Source: Ginglymostoma cirratum (taxonomy: Eukaryota). From it: a DNA stretch of 64,000 nucleotides. The notes beneath the pieces are model-generated. The model saw only the letters and a program-made list of their open reading frames with translations, was not told the origin of the DNA and did not search any database. Positions 49,501 through 63,064 of the stretch are shown here, piece after piece. The stretch lies in contig JAHRHZ010000166.1 of assembly GCA_024137785.1 (NCBI GenBank), forward strand, positions 1,064,736-1,128,735, read 5' to 3'. Made by a program: the position numbers and the translations under genes. The first letter of the stretch is position 1; the number at the start of each line of letters is the position of its first letter.

Positions 49501-50680
49501 TAAGAAGAAAAAACCAAGAGCAAAGCAGCACCGGGACAGGGATTTCCACCCTCTAAGCCTATGTATCCACATTTTGTCCTTCCATACGAAAACTGTGTTT
49601 ACTTACAGGCTCCATATTCCTCTATTCACTTCCCGTTCATGTATTCGTCGAGATGCTTCTTCAATGCTGTTATTGAGTCTACTTCCAGCACCTCCTCTGG
49701 CAACATATTCCAAGCACTCACCACCATTTGTGTGAATAACTCGCTTCACAAATATCTTCTAGACTTGCCCTCTCACACCTTGAGCCTGTGTCACTTAGTA
49801 ATCGACCCCGCCAATCTGAGAAACAGCCTCATAATTTCCATTCTATCCATGCCATTCAGGATCTTACAAACTTCTATGAGGTCGCCTGTCAACTTCCTGC
49901 GTTCCACTGAAAATAAGCTCAATCTAATTTTTCTTCATAGCTAAAGTCCCCCACACCAGGCAACATCCTGGAAAACCTTTTCTGACCCTTTCCAAAGTAT
50001 TCATATACTTCTGGTAGTACCAGAACTGCACACAATATTCCAAGTGTGACCTTACTAATGTACTATAAAGCTACAGCATAACCTGAGTATATTTTTGCTC
50101 AAGGCTCCTTCCAATGAAGGCAAGCATGCCATAAGCCTTTTTAAAATACCTTATATACCTGTGCTGCCACCTTCAGTGACCTGTGAACTGTACACCCAGA
50201 ACCTTTTTGTGAATTAATACTCCTAAGGATTCTGCCATTCACCACATAATTTCCACCTGTATTTGACCTTCAAAAATGCATCACCTCAGATTATCTGGAT
50301 TAAACTCTATTGGCCATTTTTCTGCCCATGCCTCCAATTGATTGATATCCTACCATATCCGTTGATAATCCCCCTCACTGTATGCAACTCCACCAATCTT
50401 TGTATCTTTCACAAACTTACTAATTAGAACAGCTAAGTTTTCCTCACAATCATGTATGTAGATCACGAGCAGCAGAGGTCCCAAGACTGATCCTTTTGGA
50501 ACACCACTCGTCACAGCTCTTCATTCTGAAAAGCATCCTTCCATCGCTACACTCTGTCTCCTATGACTAAGCCAATTCTCTTTCTAATTTACCAGCTTAT
50601 CTCTGATACAATGTAACTTCACCCTTTGTACTAGTCTGCCGGGAGGGACCTTGTTAAAGGCTTAATGGAAGTCCATGCAT
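49500..50680 (-). mobile_element. CR1 RT-3' fragment
   Basis: CCAGAACTGCACACAATATTCCAAGTGTG, GATCCTTTTGGAACACCACT (reverse of SGVPQGS). Confidence 0.8.
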
Positions 50681-50699
50681 AGGTGACCACAAGGGGTAA

Positions 50700-52135
50700 T
50701 ATCCAAAAGTAAGGTAATTCAATCTGAAGCCAGAGTGTTAAACCAAACATAAGCTAAGGTGGACTGGGATAAAACATTCAAAGGCAATAATGGCACAGCA
50801 ACAACGTGCAGTCTTTTAAAGAATGATTACATAGCTAAGCGCAGCTATCCATCCCTTCACAACAAAATGCTCCTCAAAACTGTCAGTAACCTGTAGTTAA
50901 CAAAGGCTTAAGCATGGCATAAGATTGACAAAAAAAGGTCCAGTGAAGTTGCCTGGAATGGTAATAAACCTCAGGACGATTGTGGAATACAGCAACGGAG
51001 GACCAAGTGACTGGTAAAGAAAGGGAGAGCACAGTGTGAATCCAAATGAGGAGGAAATAAAACATAAAAACAGGCTGTAAAAGCTTCTGTAGGTGCGGGC
51101 AGAGGGAACGTTGGCGAAGACAAAGGCAAGTTCATTACAGGATTTATAACTGGGTACAGCGAAACGATGTCTTTGTGTCTGTCTTCACTGAGGAGAATAC
51201 AAGGAATCTCCCGGGCTGGGAGGTCCGAAGGACCCCGGGCTGGGGGATGGAGAAAGAGAAATTCAAGGAAGTTAGTACGAGGGAGAAAGTTGGAGGAAAT
51301 AACGAGACGGAAAGTTGGTGGATACTTGGTGTACCAGAGTGCCGAAAGAGGCAACTGTGGATGTAGAGACAGCAGAAGCATGGATAATAGTGTTTCAACA
51401 TTTTGGGGAGTGGTTCCCACAGACTGGAAGGTATCAAAACTCACCCGGGTATTTGAGAAGAAAGGGAGGGAGAAGGAAGATGGGAACAGATGGAATTGTT
51501 AGCCTCCTGTTAGTCACAGGGAAAATACTGACATGTATTGTGAAGGACGTGGCAGGGGAATTGAGTTTAAGAGCCGTGATATTATGCTGCAGCTCGATAA
51601 ATCCCTGGTTAGACAACACTTGGAATATTGTGTTCAGTTCTGGTCGCCTCATTATAGGAAGGATGTGGAAACTTTAGAGAGAGGGTTCAGAGGAGATTTA
51701 CCAGGATGCTGCCGGGGCTGGAGGGCAGGTCTTATGAGGAAAGGTTGAGGGAGCTAGGGCTTTTTTCATTGGAGTGAAGAAGGATGACAGGTGACTTGAT
51801 AGATGTGTACAAGATGATGAGAGGCATAGCTAGAGTGGATAGCCAGAGAATTTTTCCCAGGGGTGGAAATGACTATTACGAGGGGGCATAATTTTAAGGT
51901 GATTGGAGGAAGGTATGGGGAGATGTCAGAGGTAAGTTCTTCACACAGAGAGTGGTGGGCGTGTGGAATGTGCCGCTGGCTGTGGTAATGGAGTCAGATA
52001 CTTTTAAGCGAGTGTTGGATAGGCACGTGGAGGATAGTAAAATGTAGGGTATGCAGGGTGGATTGATCTGAGTAGGATAATAGGTCGGCACAACATCGTG
52101 GGCTGAAGGGCCTGCTCTGTGCTGTACTGTTATAT
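50700..52135 (+). mobile_element. CR1 fragments (old internal piece to ~51545, younger 3' end 51548-52135)
   Basis: GVVPTDWKV; [38 protein letters not shown]; 3' UTR GGTCGGCACAACATCGTGGGCTGAAGGGCCTG. Confidence 0.8.
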
Positions 52136-52227
52136 GTAGGTAACATCAACACCCTTCCCCTTATCAATCATCTTCTTCAATCACCTTCCTCAAAAAAAAC
52201 TCAATCAAGTTAGCAAGATGCAAACTC

Positions 52228-52530
52228 CACCACACTGTGGCTCCATGGTTGGCACTGCTGTCTCACAGCGCCAGGGACCCGGATTCAGTTCTACTACCAG
52301 GCCACTGTCTGTGTGGAGTTTGAACATTCTCCCCGTGTCTGTGTGTGTTTTCTCCGGGTGCTCTGGTTTTCTCCTAAAGTCCAATGATGTGCAGGCTACG
52401 TGGATTGGCCATACTAAATTATCCGTAGTGTGCAGGGAAGTGGAGATTAGGTGGGTCATGGGGGATGGGTCAGTGTGGACCCATTGGGCCAAAAGGCCTG
52501 CTTACACACTGTAGGGATTCTATGATCTAT
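52228..52530 (+). mobile_element. HE1-type V-SINE
   Basis: CACAGCGCCAGGGACCCGG...CTGTCTGTGTGGAGTTTGAACATTCTCCCCGTGTCTG. Confidence 0.9.
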
Positions 52531-54422
52531 GAAAACCAAGTCGTCAATCAATACTGTTTTAATTTGTTTCTAAATGCGTATAGATCTTGTCCCTGAGAAT
52601 CTTTTTTTCAATAATTTCCCTACCATACAGGCCCGTAATTTCCAGGATTATCCCTTGTTATCTTTGAATCCAGCATCTACAGTTCTTGCTATCTCTACAA
52701 AAAAAAAGAACATTTTTATTGACCTGGACTTCATAAGGATGTGAGTGACTTTTCTCCCCCAGGCATTTCTGACATGTCAGGTAATTGAAAAGCCGTAAGC
52801 TGATTTAAAACCGTACAATTAATATCCAAACTTGCATTTGAGGAAGCTTTATGAAGCATCTTAATCGATTGCACAGGACACCTACCTAAAAAAAGTAGGG
52901 ATTAGTTTTTGTTGTTGACAATAGATGTGTGTACTCGATTTCCAGAATCCATTTCACTATGCATGATCACAGCTAAAAGGATTCTAGAGAAGTGACTCAA
53001 ATTGTTTACTGGGCATGGACTACCCAGAGAGTTACAATCAAATCAAGGATCAGATTCTACATTTGACTTATTCAAGGAAGGAATGGAGATTTTAGGAATA
53101 AAGAAGTTAAATCCGACACTGTCCATCCAGAACCACAGGAGAAATTCGAACGGTGTCTTTAAACTTTAAAGTCCATCTTGGGGGCTTTTAGTCACGGCAA
53201 TCGACAGGATTAGGATAAAGGAATTCCAATTGTTCTTTTTGTAGTTATGGGTGCCGCTAATGTATCAACATAATTCAGTCTATCTGAATTTTTTTGGCTG
53301 TGAAACATGACGACCGGTGAAATTAATGCAGGAGAAATTGATGAGTAAGAGTTCAGTGAGCACACTTCTTGACTATGTGTAGAACTTTTAAGGAAATATT
53401 AAACAGATTGGTGAATTGTCCAGAAGGATTGAAGCAAACGGTGAAACCAGAAGCAGAAAGAAATCGATAGTTCATAACATTGCCAGTGGAGATGAAGTTT
53501 TGGGTTTACTCCGAGTGGTAGCTGTACATTTAAAGGCAAGGTTTAGTGAGCTTTATCATAAAGAAGATAAATTCAGTGAAGTAAATTATTTAATAACATT
53601 TCCAGACATAAGGAAGTCACACAGAGTAATCATGGGAATATGGTCAAGCGACAGTTTGATAGGAAGGAAAGCAAATGGAGCTAGTGTTGTTGGTTTCAAC
53701 ACAGAGTGATGAAGCAAGTTCAGTTGATTCTGAATTGAGCATCCTCAAGTTAAATTGGACAGTCTTGAAGATCCCGAAAAAGGGATAATTTATTGAGTTG
53801 CCTTCCAGAAGAAAATTGAAGTCACCAAAATAGTTGTTACATTAACATAGGGAGCTATTTGGAAATAAGCTGGGAAGTACAAATCTAATTACATATAATG
53901 TAGATGCCAGAAATGCTGTTCCAATTAAGTAACATTTCTGGAGACTTAACCCTCGAAAGTCTGCACAGTTTCAAAACGAGAGTGAATGCATCCTCAAAAC
54001 AATATAGTGAAAAGGTATTGCAGCGAATGGCGCTGACCCCGAGTGGAGCTGACCTCCTTTCAGTCGTTTCAGTGACGGGAGTCCAGAAGGAGGCGCAAGG
54101 GCAGCCTGGGAAGGTGAGCTTCTGGAGTATAAAGGTCTTACCTCGCGTGACTGCGGCCTTTCAGTCATTTCAGCGGCGGGAGTCTGGAAGGAGGCGCGAG
54201 GACAGCCTGGGAAGGTGAGCTTCTCCTTTAAAACTTACCTCGTGAATAGGCGGAGTGCGCGTCGAGCAGGAGCAGACACGGGACGGTTGAGTAAGTGAGG
54301 TAATATATTTGGGTGGTTGCTCCCACCCATCCTCCTCCTCTAACCAAAAAGGTTCTGAGCGCCGATTTGATAAGTTACGAGTGTTTTCTTTTCCAATAGT
54401 CTGTTTTTCACAATTCAGAACA

Positions 54423-55364
54423 ATGGCAATGGATGCAAAGGCAGTTGCATGCTCCTCCTGTAGGATGTGGGAGGTAAGGGTCATCACTAGTGTCCCTGCT
54501 GACTTCATCTGCGGGAAGTGCACCCAACTCCAGCTACTTGGAAACCGTGTTAGGGAACTGTAGCTGGAGCTGGATGAACTTCGGATAATTCGGGAGGCTG
54601 AGGGGGTGATTGAGAGGAGTTACAGGGAGGTAGTCACACCTCAGGTACAGGAAAAAAGTAGATGGGTTACAGTCAGGGGACGGAAAGGGAACAGGTAGAC
54701 AGTGCGGGGATCCCCTGTGGCCGTTCCCCTCAATAACAGGTATACCGTTTTGGATTCTGTTGAGGGGGAAGACCTACCAGTGGTAAACCATGGGGTAAAG
54801 TTCTCTGGCGCAGAGTCTGTCCCTGTTGCTCAGAAGGGAAGGGGGAAGAGGAGGAGAGCATTAGTCATTGGGGACTCCATAGTTAGGGGGACAGATAGGA
54901 GATTCTGCGGGAATGAGAGAGACTCACGGTTGGTATGTTGCCTCCCAGGTGCCAGGATCCGTGATGTCTCAGATCGTGTCTTTGGGGTTCTGAAGGGAGA
55001 GGGTGACCAGCCCCAAGTCGTGGTCCACATAGCTACCAATGACATAGGTTGAAAGAGGGATAGGGATATAAGGCAGGATTTCAGGGAGCTAGGGTGGAAG
55101 CTGAGAGCCAGAACAAACAGAGTTGTTATCTCTGGTTTGTTACCCGTACCACGTGATAGCGAGGCAAAGAACAGGGAGAGATATCAGCTGAATACGTGGC
55201 TGCAGGGATGGTGCAGGAGGGAGGGTTTCAGGTATATGGATAACTGGGGCTCATTCTGGGGAAGGTGGGACCTCTACAAACAGGACGGTCTTCACTTGAA
55301 CCAGAGGGGTACTAATATCCTGGGTGGGAAACTTGCTAGTGCTATTCGTGTGGATTTAAACTAG
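54423..55364 (+). pseudogene. CR1 ORF1 (N-terminal Cys zinc finger, coiled coil, SGNH/GDSL esterase), with stops
   Basis: MAMDAKAVACSSC...CGKC; LVIGDSIVRG; HIATNDIG; DGLHLN; broken by in-frame stops (e.g. 54561-54563, 55050-55052). Confidence 0.88.
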
Positions 55365-55429
55365 CTCAGCAGGGGCATGGTAACCTGTGGTGTAGTTCCA
55401 GTACACAGGAAGATGAGAGAAGGGAGGAC

Positions 55430-58238
55430 ATGGACAGGATTTCACCGTCACAGGAGTGTGCTGGCAGACAGCAAGCTGGCTTGAAGTGTGTCTACTTCAA
55501 CGCCAGGAGTATCTGGAATAAGGTAGGTGAGCTTGCAGCATGGATAGGTACCTGGGACTTCGATGTTGTGGCCATTTCGGAGACGTGGATAGAGCAGGGT
55601 CAGGAATGGATGTTGCAGGTTCCAGGGATTAGATCTTTCATAAAGATCAGGGAAGGTGGTAAAAGAGGGGGAGGTGTGGCTTTGTTAGTCAATGACAGTA
55701 TAACGGTGGCTGAAAGAACCTTTGACGAGGACTCGTCGACTGAGGTGGTATGGGCTGAGCTCAGAAACAGGAGAGGAGAGGTCACACTGCTGGGAGTTTT
55801 TTATAGGCCTCCGCAAAGTTCCAGGGATGTGGAGGAGAGGATCGGCAAAACGATTCTGGGCAGGAGTGAAAGGAACAAGGTGGTCATTATGGGAGACTTT
55901 AACTTCCCCAACATTGACTGGAAATGCTATAACTCTAGTACGTTGGATGGATCGTTTTTTTGTCCAATGTGTGCAGGAGGGTTTCCTGACACAGTATGTC
56001 GAAGGGCCGACAAGAGGGGAGGGGAGGCCACATTGAATCTGGTACTTGGTAACGAACCAGGCCATGTGCTTGATTTAGTGGTAGGTGAGCACTTTGGAGA
56101 GAGTGACCATAATTCGGTTACGTTTAGTTTAGCAATGGAAAGGGATAGGAACATGCCACTGGGCAAGAGTTATAGATGGGGGAAGGGCAATTATAATGCG
56201 ATTAGGTAAGACTTAGGAGGGATAGAATGGGGTAGCAAAATGCAGGGGATGGGGACAATCGAAATGTGGAGCTGGTTTAAGGAACAGATAATGCGTGTCC
56301 TTGATAGGTATGTCCCTGTCAGGCAGGGAGGAAGTGATAAGGTAAGGGAACCTTGGTTTAAAAAAAGAAATTGTATCTCTTGTTAAGCCGAAGAGGGAGG
56401 CTTATGTGACATTGAGACGAAATGGTTCAGATGAGGCAATGGAGAGTTCCAGATTAGCTAGGAAATATTTAAAGAGAGAGATAAGAAGAGCAAGGAGGGG
56501 ACATGAGCAGTCATTAGCAGGTAGAATTAAGGAGAACCCTAAAGCTTTCTATAGGTATGTGGGGAATAAAAGGATGACTACGGTAAGAATAGGGCCAGTC
56601 AAAGACAGAAGTGGGAAGTTGTGTGTGGACCCTGTGGAGATCGGAGAGGTGCTAAACAAATATTTCTCATCTGTTTTCACTCAGAAAAAGGAGAATATTG
56701 TAGAGGAGAAGACTGAGATACGGACTATTAGACTTGAAAGGATTGAGGTTAGTAAAGAGGAGGTGTTATCAATCCTAGAAGGTGTGAAGGTAGATAAATC
56801 CCCTGGTCCGGATGGGATTTTTCCGAGGATTCTCTGGGCAGCTACGGAGGAGATGGATGAGCTTTGAGTCGTCATTGCCTACAGGTTTAGTACCAGAGGA
56901 CTGGAGGATTGCAAATGTTGTGCCCTTGTTCAAGAAGGGCAGTAGAGATGACCCAGGTAATTATAGAGCAGTGAGCCTTACATCTGTTGTAGGAAAAATT
57001 TTGGAAAGGATTATAAGAGATAGGATTTATAATCATCTAGCAAGCAACAATTTGATTGGAGATAGTCAACATGGATTCGTCAAGGGCAGATCGTGTCTCA
57101 CAAACCTCACTGAGTTTTTTGAGAAGGTGACCAAGCACTTGGATGAGGTTAGGGCAGTTGACATGGTGTACATGGACTTCAGTAAAGCCTTTGATAAGGT
57201 TCCACAGGTAGGCTATTGGAGAAAATGCGGAGGCGTGGGATTGAGGGAGATTTCGTAGTTTGGATTAGAAACTGGCTTTCTGAAAGAAGGCAAAGAGCGG
57301 TGGTTGATGGAAAATATTCAGCCTGGAGTCCGGTTACTAGTGGTGTGCCACAAGGATCTGTTTTGGGACCAGTGCTGTTTGTCATTTTTATAAATGACTT
57401 GGACGCAGACATAGGTGGATGGGTTAGTAAGTTTGCAGATGACACTAAAGTCGGTGGAGGGGTGGACAGTGTGGAAGAATGTTGTAGGTTGCAGGGAGAC
57501 TTGGATAAACTGCAGAATTGGGCTGAAAGGTGGCAAATGGAGTTCAATGCCGATAAATGTGAGGTGATGCACTTTGGGAAGAATAATAGGAAGGCAGAAT
57601 ACTTGGTCAATGGAAAGATTCTTGGTAGTGTGGATGTGCAGAGGGATCTTGGTGTCGAGCTGCATAGATCCCTGAAAGTTGCCACCCAGGTTGATCGTGC
57701 TGTTAAGAAGGCATACGGTGTGTTAGGTTTCATTGGTAGAGGGATTGAGTTCCGGAGCCGTGATGTCATGCTGCAACTGTATAAAACGCTAGTGCGGCCT
57801 CACTTGGAATATCATGTACAGTCGCCCCATTATGGGAAGGATGTGGAAGCACTGGAAAAGGTGCAGAGGAGATTTACCAGGATGTTGCCTGGTCTGGAGC
57901 AAAGGTATTATGAGGAAAGGCTGAGGGACTTGGGTCTGTTCTCATTGGAGAGAAGAAGGCTAAGAGGGGATTTAATAGAGACACACAAAATGATCAGAGG
58001 ATTAGATCGGGTGGACAGTGAGAGTCTTTTTCCTCGGATAATGACGTCGGCTAGTACAAGGGGGCATAGCTGCAAATTGAGAGGTGATAAATTTAAGACA
58101 GATGTCAGAGGCAGGTTCTTTACTCAGAGAGTGGTAAGGGCGTGGAATGCCCTGCCTGCCAATGTAGTTAACTCAGCCACATTAGGGGCATTTAAACAGT
58201 CCTCATATAAGCATATGGATGATGATGGGATAGTGTAG
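55430..58238 (+). pseudogene. CR1 ORF2 (AP endonuclease + reverse transcriptase), frameshifted
   Basis: YFNARSI, ISETW, IMGDFNFP, ESDHN; KSPGPDG, SQHGF, DFSKAFDKV, GVPQGSVLGP, KFADDTK. Confidence 0.95.
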
Positions 58239-59919
58239 GGGGATGAGCTTAGATTAGTTCACAGGTCGGCGCAACATCGAGGGCCGATGGGCCTGTTCTG
58301 CGCCGTATTGTTCTATGTTCTAAGTAAGGGTATCAAAAAGACATATGGTACCAAAGATGAACTGTGGACTATCGCAATGTCAATGTAGTTGCAAAATCTA
58401 ATTGATTTCCAATTCCATGTTTGAAACATTGTATTGAGAAAGTGGGACGAACAACTTATATTTCTTTGTTCGACTTGCTCAAAGAATACTTGGTGGTACA
58501 TTTATTCGAAATAGCAAAGGAAATTTCGGCTCTCATGACACCAAATGGATTCTTCCAGTTTAAAGTCATACTATCTGGTATGAAAAGTGTGCCAATCACA
58601 TTTCAAAGACTAATCAATAAAATCATTTCAGGAGTACTGAACTGAGTGGTGTACATCAACTATCTGGTGATTTTCAGTCTCAGTGGAAGGAATATTTGGA
58701 CCATTGATCGGAATTGTTTGACAAAAATCGAAAGGCGACCTTGGTAGTGGACCAGGATAAGAGTGAGTTCACAAAATCTCAAGTCACGTTGCTGAACCAT
58801 TTTGTTGGATATTGAAAAATGGCTCCAGGGAATGTGAAAACAACGGTTACAGGGGAGTTTCCCATACTATCGGTGTAGAGGGCAGTAACATGTTTCCCAA
58901 GTTTGAGTATTTTTTAGTGGAAATTTGCACCAAATTTTAGCATTTTGGTTGCTCCACTGACTGACTTGTTGAAGAAATGGAGAAAAATTCAGCTGATGCA
59001 GGGACTCAGAAGGCACTTGAGAGCCTGAAAGCAGTTTTAACTACTGCCTCAGTGTTCAGCACATCTAATTACGCAAAGCTCTTCAAAGCGGAAATCAATG
59101 TGAATGATGAAGGTGTTCGTGCTGTCGTCTTGCAAAGTGATAGTGAAAAGATGGAAAGACCTAACATAGTGTGAAGGTGGAGGAACACAGCAAGCCAGGC
59201 AGCACCAGAGGAGCAGAAAAGCTGAAACCAATCATATTATTAGAAATTGATGTGTCTTTGGGGGTATATAAGAAGATTATTTTTGAAAATCGGTGAGAGC
59301 CAACTGCCATCTGAAGTGAAAGCAAATCTGCCATCTGAGGAATAAGCCTAGCTCTCACACAAAATTATTAAGCTCTCTTAAAAAAAAAGCATCATTAAAT
59401 GTACTATGGCATTTCCAGTCAAGAGCCCTCACGGAAGAAATTACAGAGAAATTATCCCTGACAGCAAGTCATCAGAAGTAAAGCTGGAGATACAGTGGAG
59501 CAAACAAAGCATTCCGGAAGATGCAGTCGGTGTGAACTTTGAGAGACTAAGTGTAAATTCATTGTTTTCTCATTACTTGGATTTATATAAGTGGGGATTG
59601 TGTTTATTGGAACAGCATATGATTGGAATCTTGCTTTATCAGCAAATTGTAAGTAGATAGAGGAGAATTGTTCTTTTTGTTAGTAGTTCTGTTAATTTGT
59701 TCTCTGTTCGGGTTACATGAGTTTTTATTTGTTTCGTATAAAGTGAGTACCGGGCTTCCTTTCTTTTACCTACTCTATTAACAAGTTAAGGGGGAAAAGC
59801 GAGCTTCTCTTGGTGTTTTGGGTTTAGTTCGTAGAAGGGAACTTTTACCCTTGCCATAACAGTAAGGGCTGGTTTGTCGTGTTAATTATCAAAGGTTTGA
59901 CATTCCTGTTATCCGTGAC

Positions 59920-60310
59920 AAAAGCAAGAGTGTAGCCAGGGAAAGGATTGGTCCATCAAGAACAAAGGAGGGAATCTAAGTGTGGAGCCAGAAGAAGTAG
60001 GTAAGGTCCTAAAATAATACTTTTAGTTGGTATTCACCAAAGACAAGGAGTTGGTGGAGGAATATTTTATGGAAGGGAGTATCGAGGTTCTCAGCCAAGT
60101 TGCTATCAAAAACTGAGAGGTGTTATGCATTTTAAAAAGTATTAGGGTAGATAAGTCCCCAGGTCCTAACGGGGTCAATCACAGATCATTTAGGGAAACA
60201 AGGGAACAAATTGCTGGAGCATCAACAAACGTCTTTGTAACCTCTTTGGCCTCAGTCGAGGTCCCAGAGGACTGGAGAATAGCCAAAGATGTCCCCCTGC
60301 TTAAGAAAGA
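59920..60310 (+). mobile_element. CR1 internal fragment
   Basis: ILKSIRVDKSPGPNG...VPEDWRIAKDVPLLKK. Confidence 0.85.
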
Positions 60311-63060
60311 TGTGGATCTGGAGGAACACAGCAGGCCAGGCAGCAGGAGAGCAACAGGAAAGTTGACGTGTCGGGTCAGGACCCTTCTTCTGAAATAGGG
60401 ATGGAGAGGGAAACTCAGAATTAAATAGGAAGAGGAAGGGTAGAGCTGGGGAAGGTAGTTGAGATGGTGATAGCTGAGTGCATGTAGGCAGTGGTTAGGA
60501 TTGGTTTGTGAGTTGGGAGTGGCGGATAGGTGGGAGAGAAGATGGACAGATTGTTTCGGTGAAGGAGGCAGGCATAAAAGGGAGGGTTAGTCATGGGATG
60601 AGGCCGTCGGTGGGGAGATTTTGAAACAGGTAAACTCCACGTTTCGGCCAACAGGTTGCAAGGTTTCTGAGGTGGAATATGAGGTGCTGCTTCTCCAGTT
60701 TGCAAATGGCATCATTGTAACCATGGAGGAGGTGTAGGATGGACATGTCACCCAGGGAGTGGGAGGGGGAGCTAAAATGTTTTGCAACTGGAAGGTGGTG
60801 TAGTTTGTCACATACAAAGCCAGATGTTCTACAAAACCGTCTCCGAGTCACGGCTTGGTCACACCGAAGTAGAGGAGAACACATCAGGTGCAGTGGATGC
60901 AGTAGACCAAGTTGACGGATGTGCAGGTGAACCCATGTCTGATGTCGAATTTTTTTGGTGCCTTGAATGGAGGTCATAGGGAGGTGTAGGGGTAAGTCTA
61001 GCACTTCTTATGGTAGCAGGGATAGGCGATGGGCGTGGTGGGGTTAGTAGGGTTAGTAGGGAGTATGGAGCAGACAAGGGATTCATGGACAGAGCGGTCT
61101 GTAAGGAAGGCAGATGGTGGTGGGTAGGGAAATATATCTTTGATTGTGGAGTTAGATTGTAGGTGGCAGAAATGGTGGAGAATATTACGTTGGATGCAGA
61201 GGTTGATGGGGTGATGTGTGAGGAAAAGGGGGATTTTGTTTTTATTTCTGATTTTGTTGGTGAAGGCAATGTGAGGACAGAGGTTTGGGAGATGCAAGAG
61301 ATGCATTTGAGGGTATTTTCAATCACTGGAGGGGGGGAAGTTACGGTCCTTGAAATAGGAAGGCATTTGGGATGTGCGGGAGTGGAGTACACCATCTTGT
61401 GAGCAAATGTGGCAGAGACAGAGGAATTGAAAACATTCTTGCAGGAAGTTGGGTGACAGGAAGCGTAGTCTAGGTAACTGTGAGAGTTGGTGGGTTTGAA
61501 ATAAATGTTGGTGTCAAGGTGGTCATTAGAGGTAGAAACAGAGAGGTCCAGGAAGGCGAGGGCGGTATTGGAGATGGTCCTCGTGAATTTCAGGTTGGGG
61601 TGAAAGGTGTTAGTAAAGATGATAAGCTGTTCAAGCTCCTCGTGGGAGCATGAAGCAGTGCCGACACAGTCGTCAATGTAGGGGAGGAAGAGGTGGGTGA
61701 TTGTGCCAGAGTAACTGCGGCAGAGGAACTGTTCCACGTATCCTACAAAGACACAGGCATAGCTTGGGCCCATGCAGGTGCCCATGGCCACCCCGTTAGT
61801 TTGTAGGAAGTGGGAGGAGTTGAAGGAGACATTGTTAAGGGTGGGGACGATTTCAGTAAAGCGGAGGAGGGTGACTTTGGAGGGAGTCTGGTTGACCCTG
61901 AGGGAGAGGAAAAAATGGAGGTCTTTTAGGCCATCCGCTGGGGGATACAAGTGCAGAGGGACTGGACATCGATCGTAACGATTAGGCGCCGAGGGCCAGG
62001 GAACCGGATGTCCTGGAGGAGGTGGAGGGTGTGGGTGGTGTCCCGGATGTGGCTGAGGATTTCCTGGACTGTGGGAGAAAGGGGGCGCGAAACAGACCCA
62101 AGCTAAGCAGAGATGAGTTCAGTATGGCAGAAGCATGCAGAGACAACAGGTTGGCTGAGGCATTTTGGTTTTTGGAATTTGGGAAGGAGATAGAAATGGG
62201 CGTTGTGGGGTTGGGGAATGATGAGTTTGGAGGCTGTGGGTAGGAGGTCACCTGAGGTGAGGAGGTTATTAATAGTTTGAGAGATGATGGTTTGGTGGTT
62301 ATGCTTGGGTCCTGGTCAAGGGGATGGTAGGAGGAGGTGTCAGAGAGTTGGCGCCGGGCCTTGGTTTTGTAAAGGTCCATGAGTCATATCACAATTGCAC
62401 CTCTCTTACCTGCGGGTTTGATGTTGAGGTTAGGACTGAAGCGGAGGGAACGGCGAGCTGCCCGTTCCGTCGGGGACATGTTGCATTAAGTGGGAGGGGT
62501 GGAGAGGTTGAGGCGATCGATGTCATGATGCCAGTTGGAGATGAAGAGATCGAAGGAGAGTAGCAGGCCTTGGGGTGGTGTCTGGAAGGATGGGGTGTAT
62601 TGGAGGCAGGAGGGGGTCTGTAGAGGGTGTATCATACTCACGGTTAAAGAAATAGCTGTGGAGGCAGAAGCAGCATAAAATGTATTCAACATCCAAATGT
62701 GAAAAGAATGCATTCCTGCGTGGGTGGAGGGGAATGAAGGTGAGTCCTTTACTGAGGACTCACCACTCGTCTTCTCTGAGGGGGAAGTATGGGCGAATGT
62801 TGAAGACCCGGCAGGCCTTCGAGCCTTGGCTCATTGGAGATCTGTGAGCTTGGTTGGAGCTGCGTGTAGGGGCGACGTTAGCAACGTTATCGGCGTCAGC
62901 GACGTCGGCGGTAACGGGGGCGACATCGATATCGCCGTTGGCGGAAGTGACGTCGTGGCGGGAATGGCGACGTCAACATCAGTGGTGTCGTTGGCAACAG
63001 ATTCGTTCTTGAAGGTGGCCTTGCGAGCTGTGTCAGGAGCAGTGTCCCCGCATTCTTTTT
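60311..63060 (-). mobile_element. Long Penelope-like retroelement (RT + GIY-YIG), degenerate
   Basis: Minus ORF NNVSFNSSHFLQTNGVAMGTCMGPSYA...YIDDCVG...FLDLSV...YFKPTNSHSYL; GIY-YIG C-terminus KLEKQHLIFHL; terminal repeat 60311-60395. Confidence 0.92.
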
Positions 63061-63064
63061 TCAT

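Larger units (their letters stand above)
54041..58322 (+). mobile_element. Near full-length CR1 LINE
   Basis: GC-rich 5' UTR, ORF1, APE-RT ORF2, 3' UTR ending GTATTGTTCTATGTTCTA. Confidence 0.95.
52850..59861 (+). mobile_element. Degenerate Gmr1-type Ty3/Gypsy LTR retrotransposon (IN-RT-RH order), split by a CR1
   Basis: Integrase remnants 52860-53420 (IDVCTRFPES, GLPRELQSNQGS); RT start PIK..RLNP..CSEW at 53920-54040, resuming at 58323 (DYRNVN, FPIP, CIEKVG..YISLFDLLK, TPNGFFQFKV..GMKSVPITFQRL); RNaseH GVRAVVLQ at ~59110; LTR-like end CCATAACA at 59854-59861. Confidence 0.75.
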
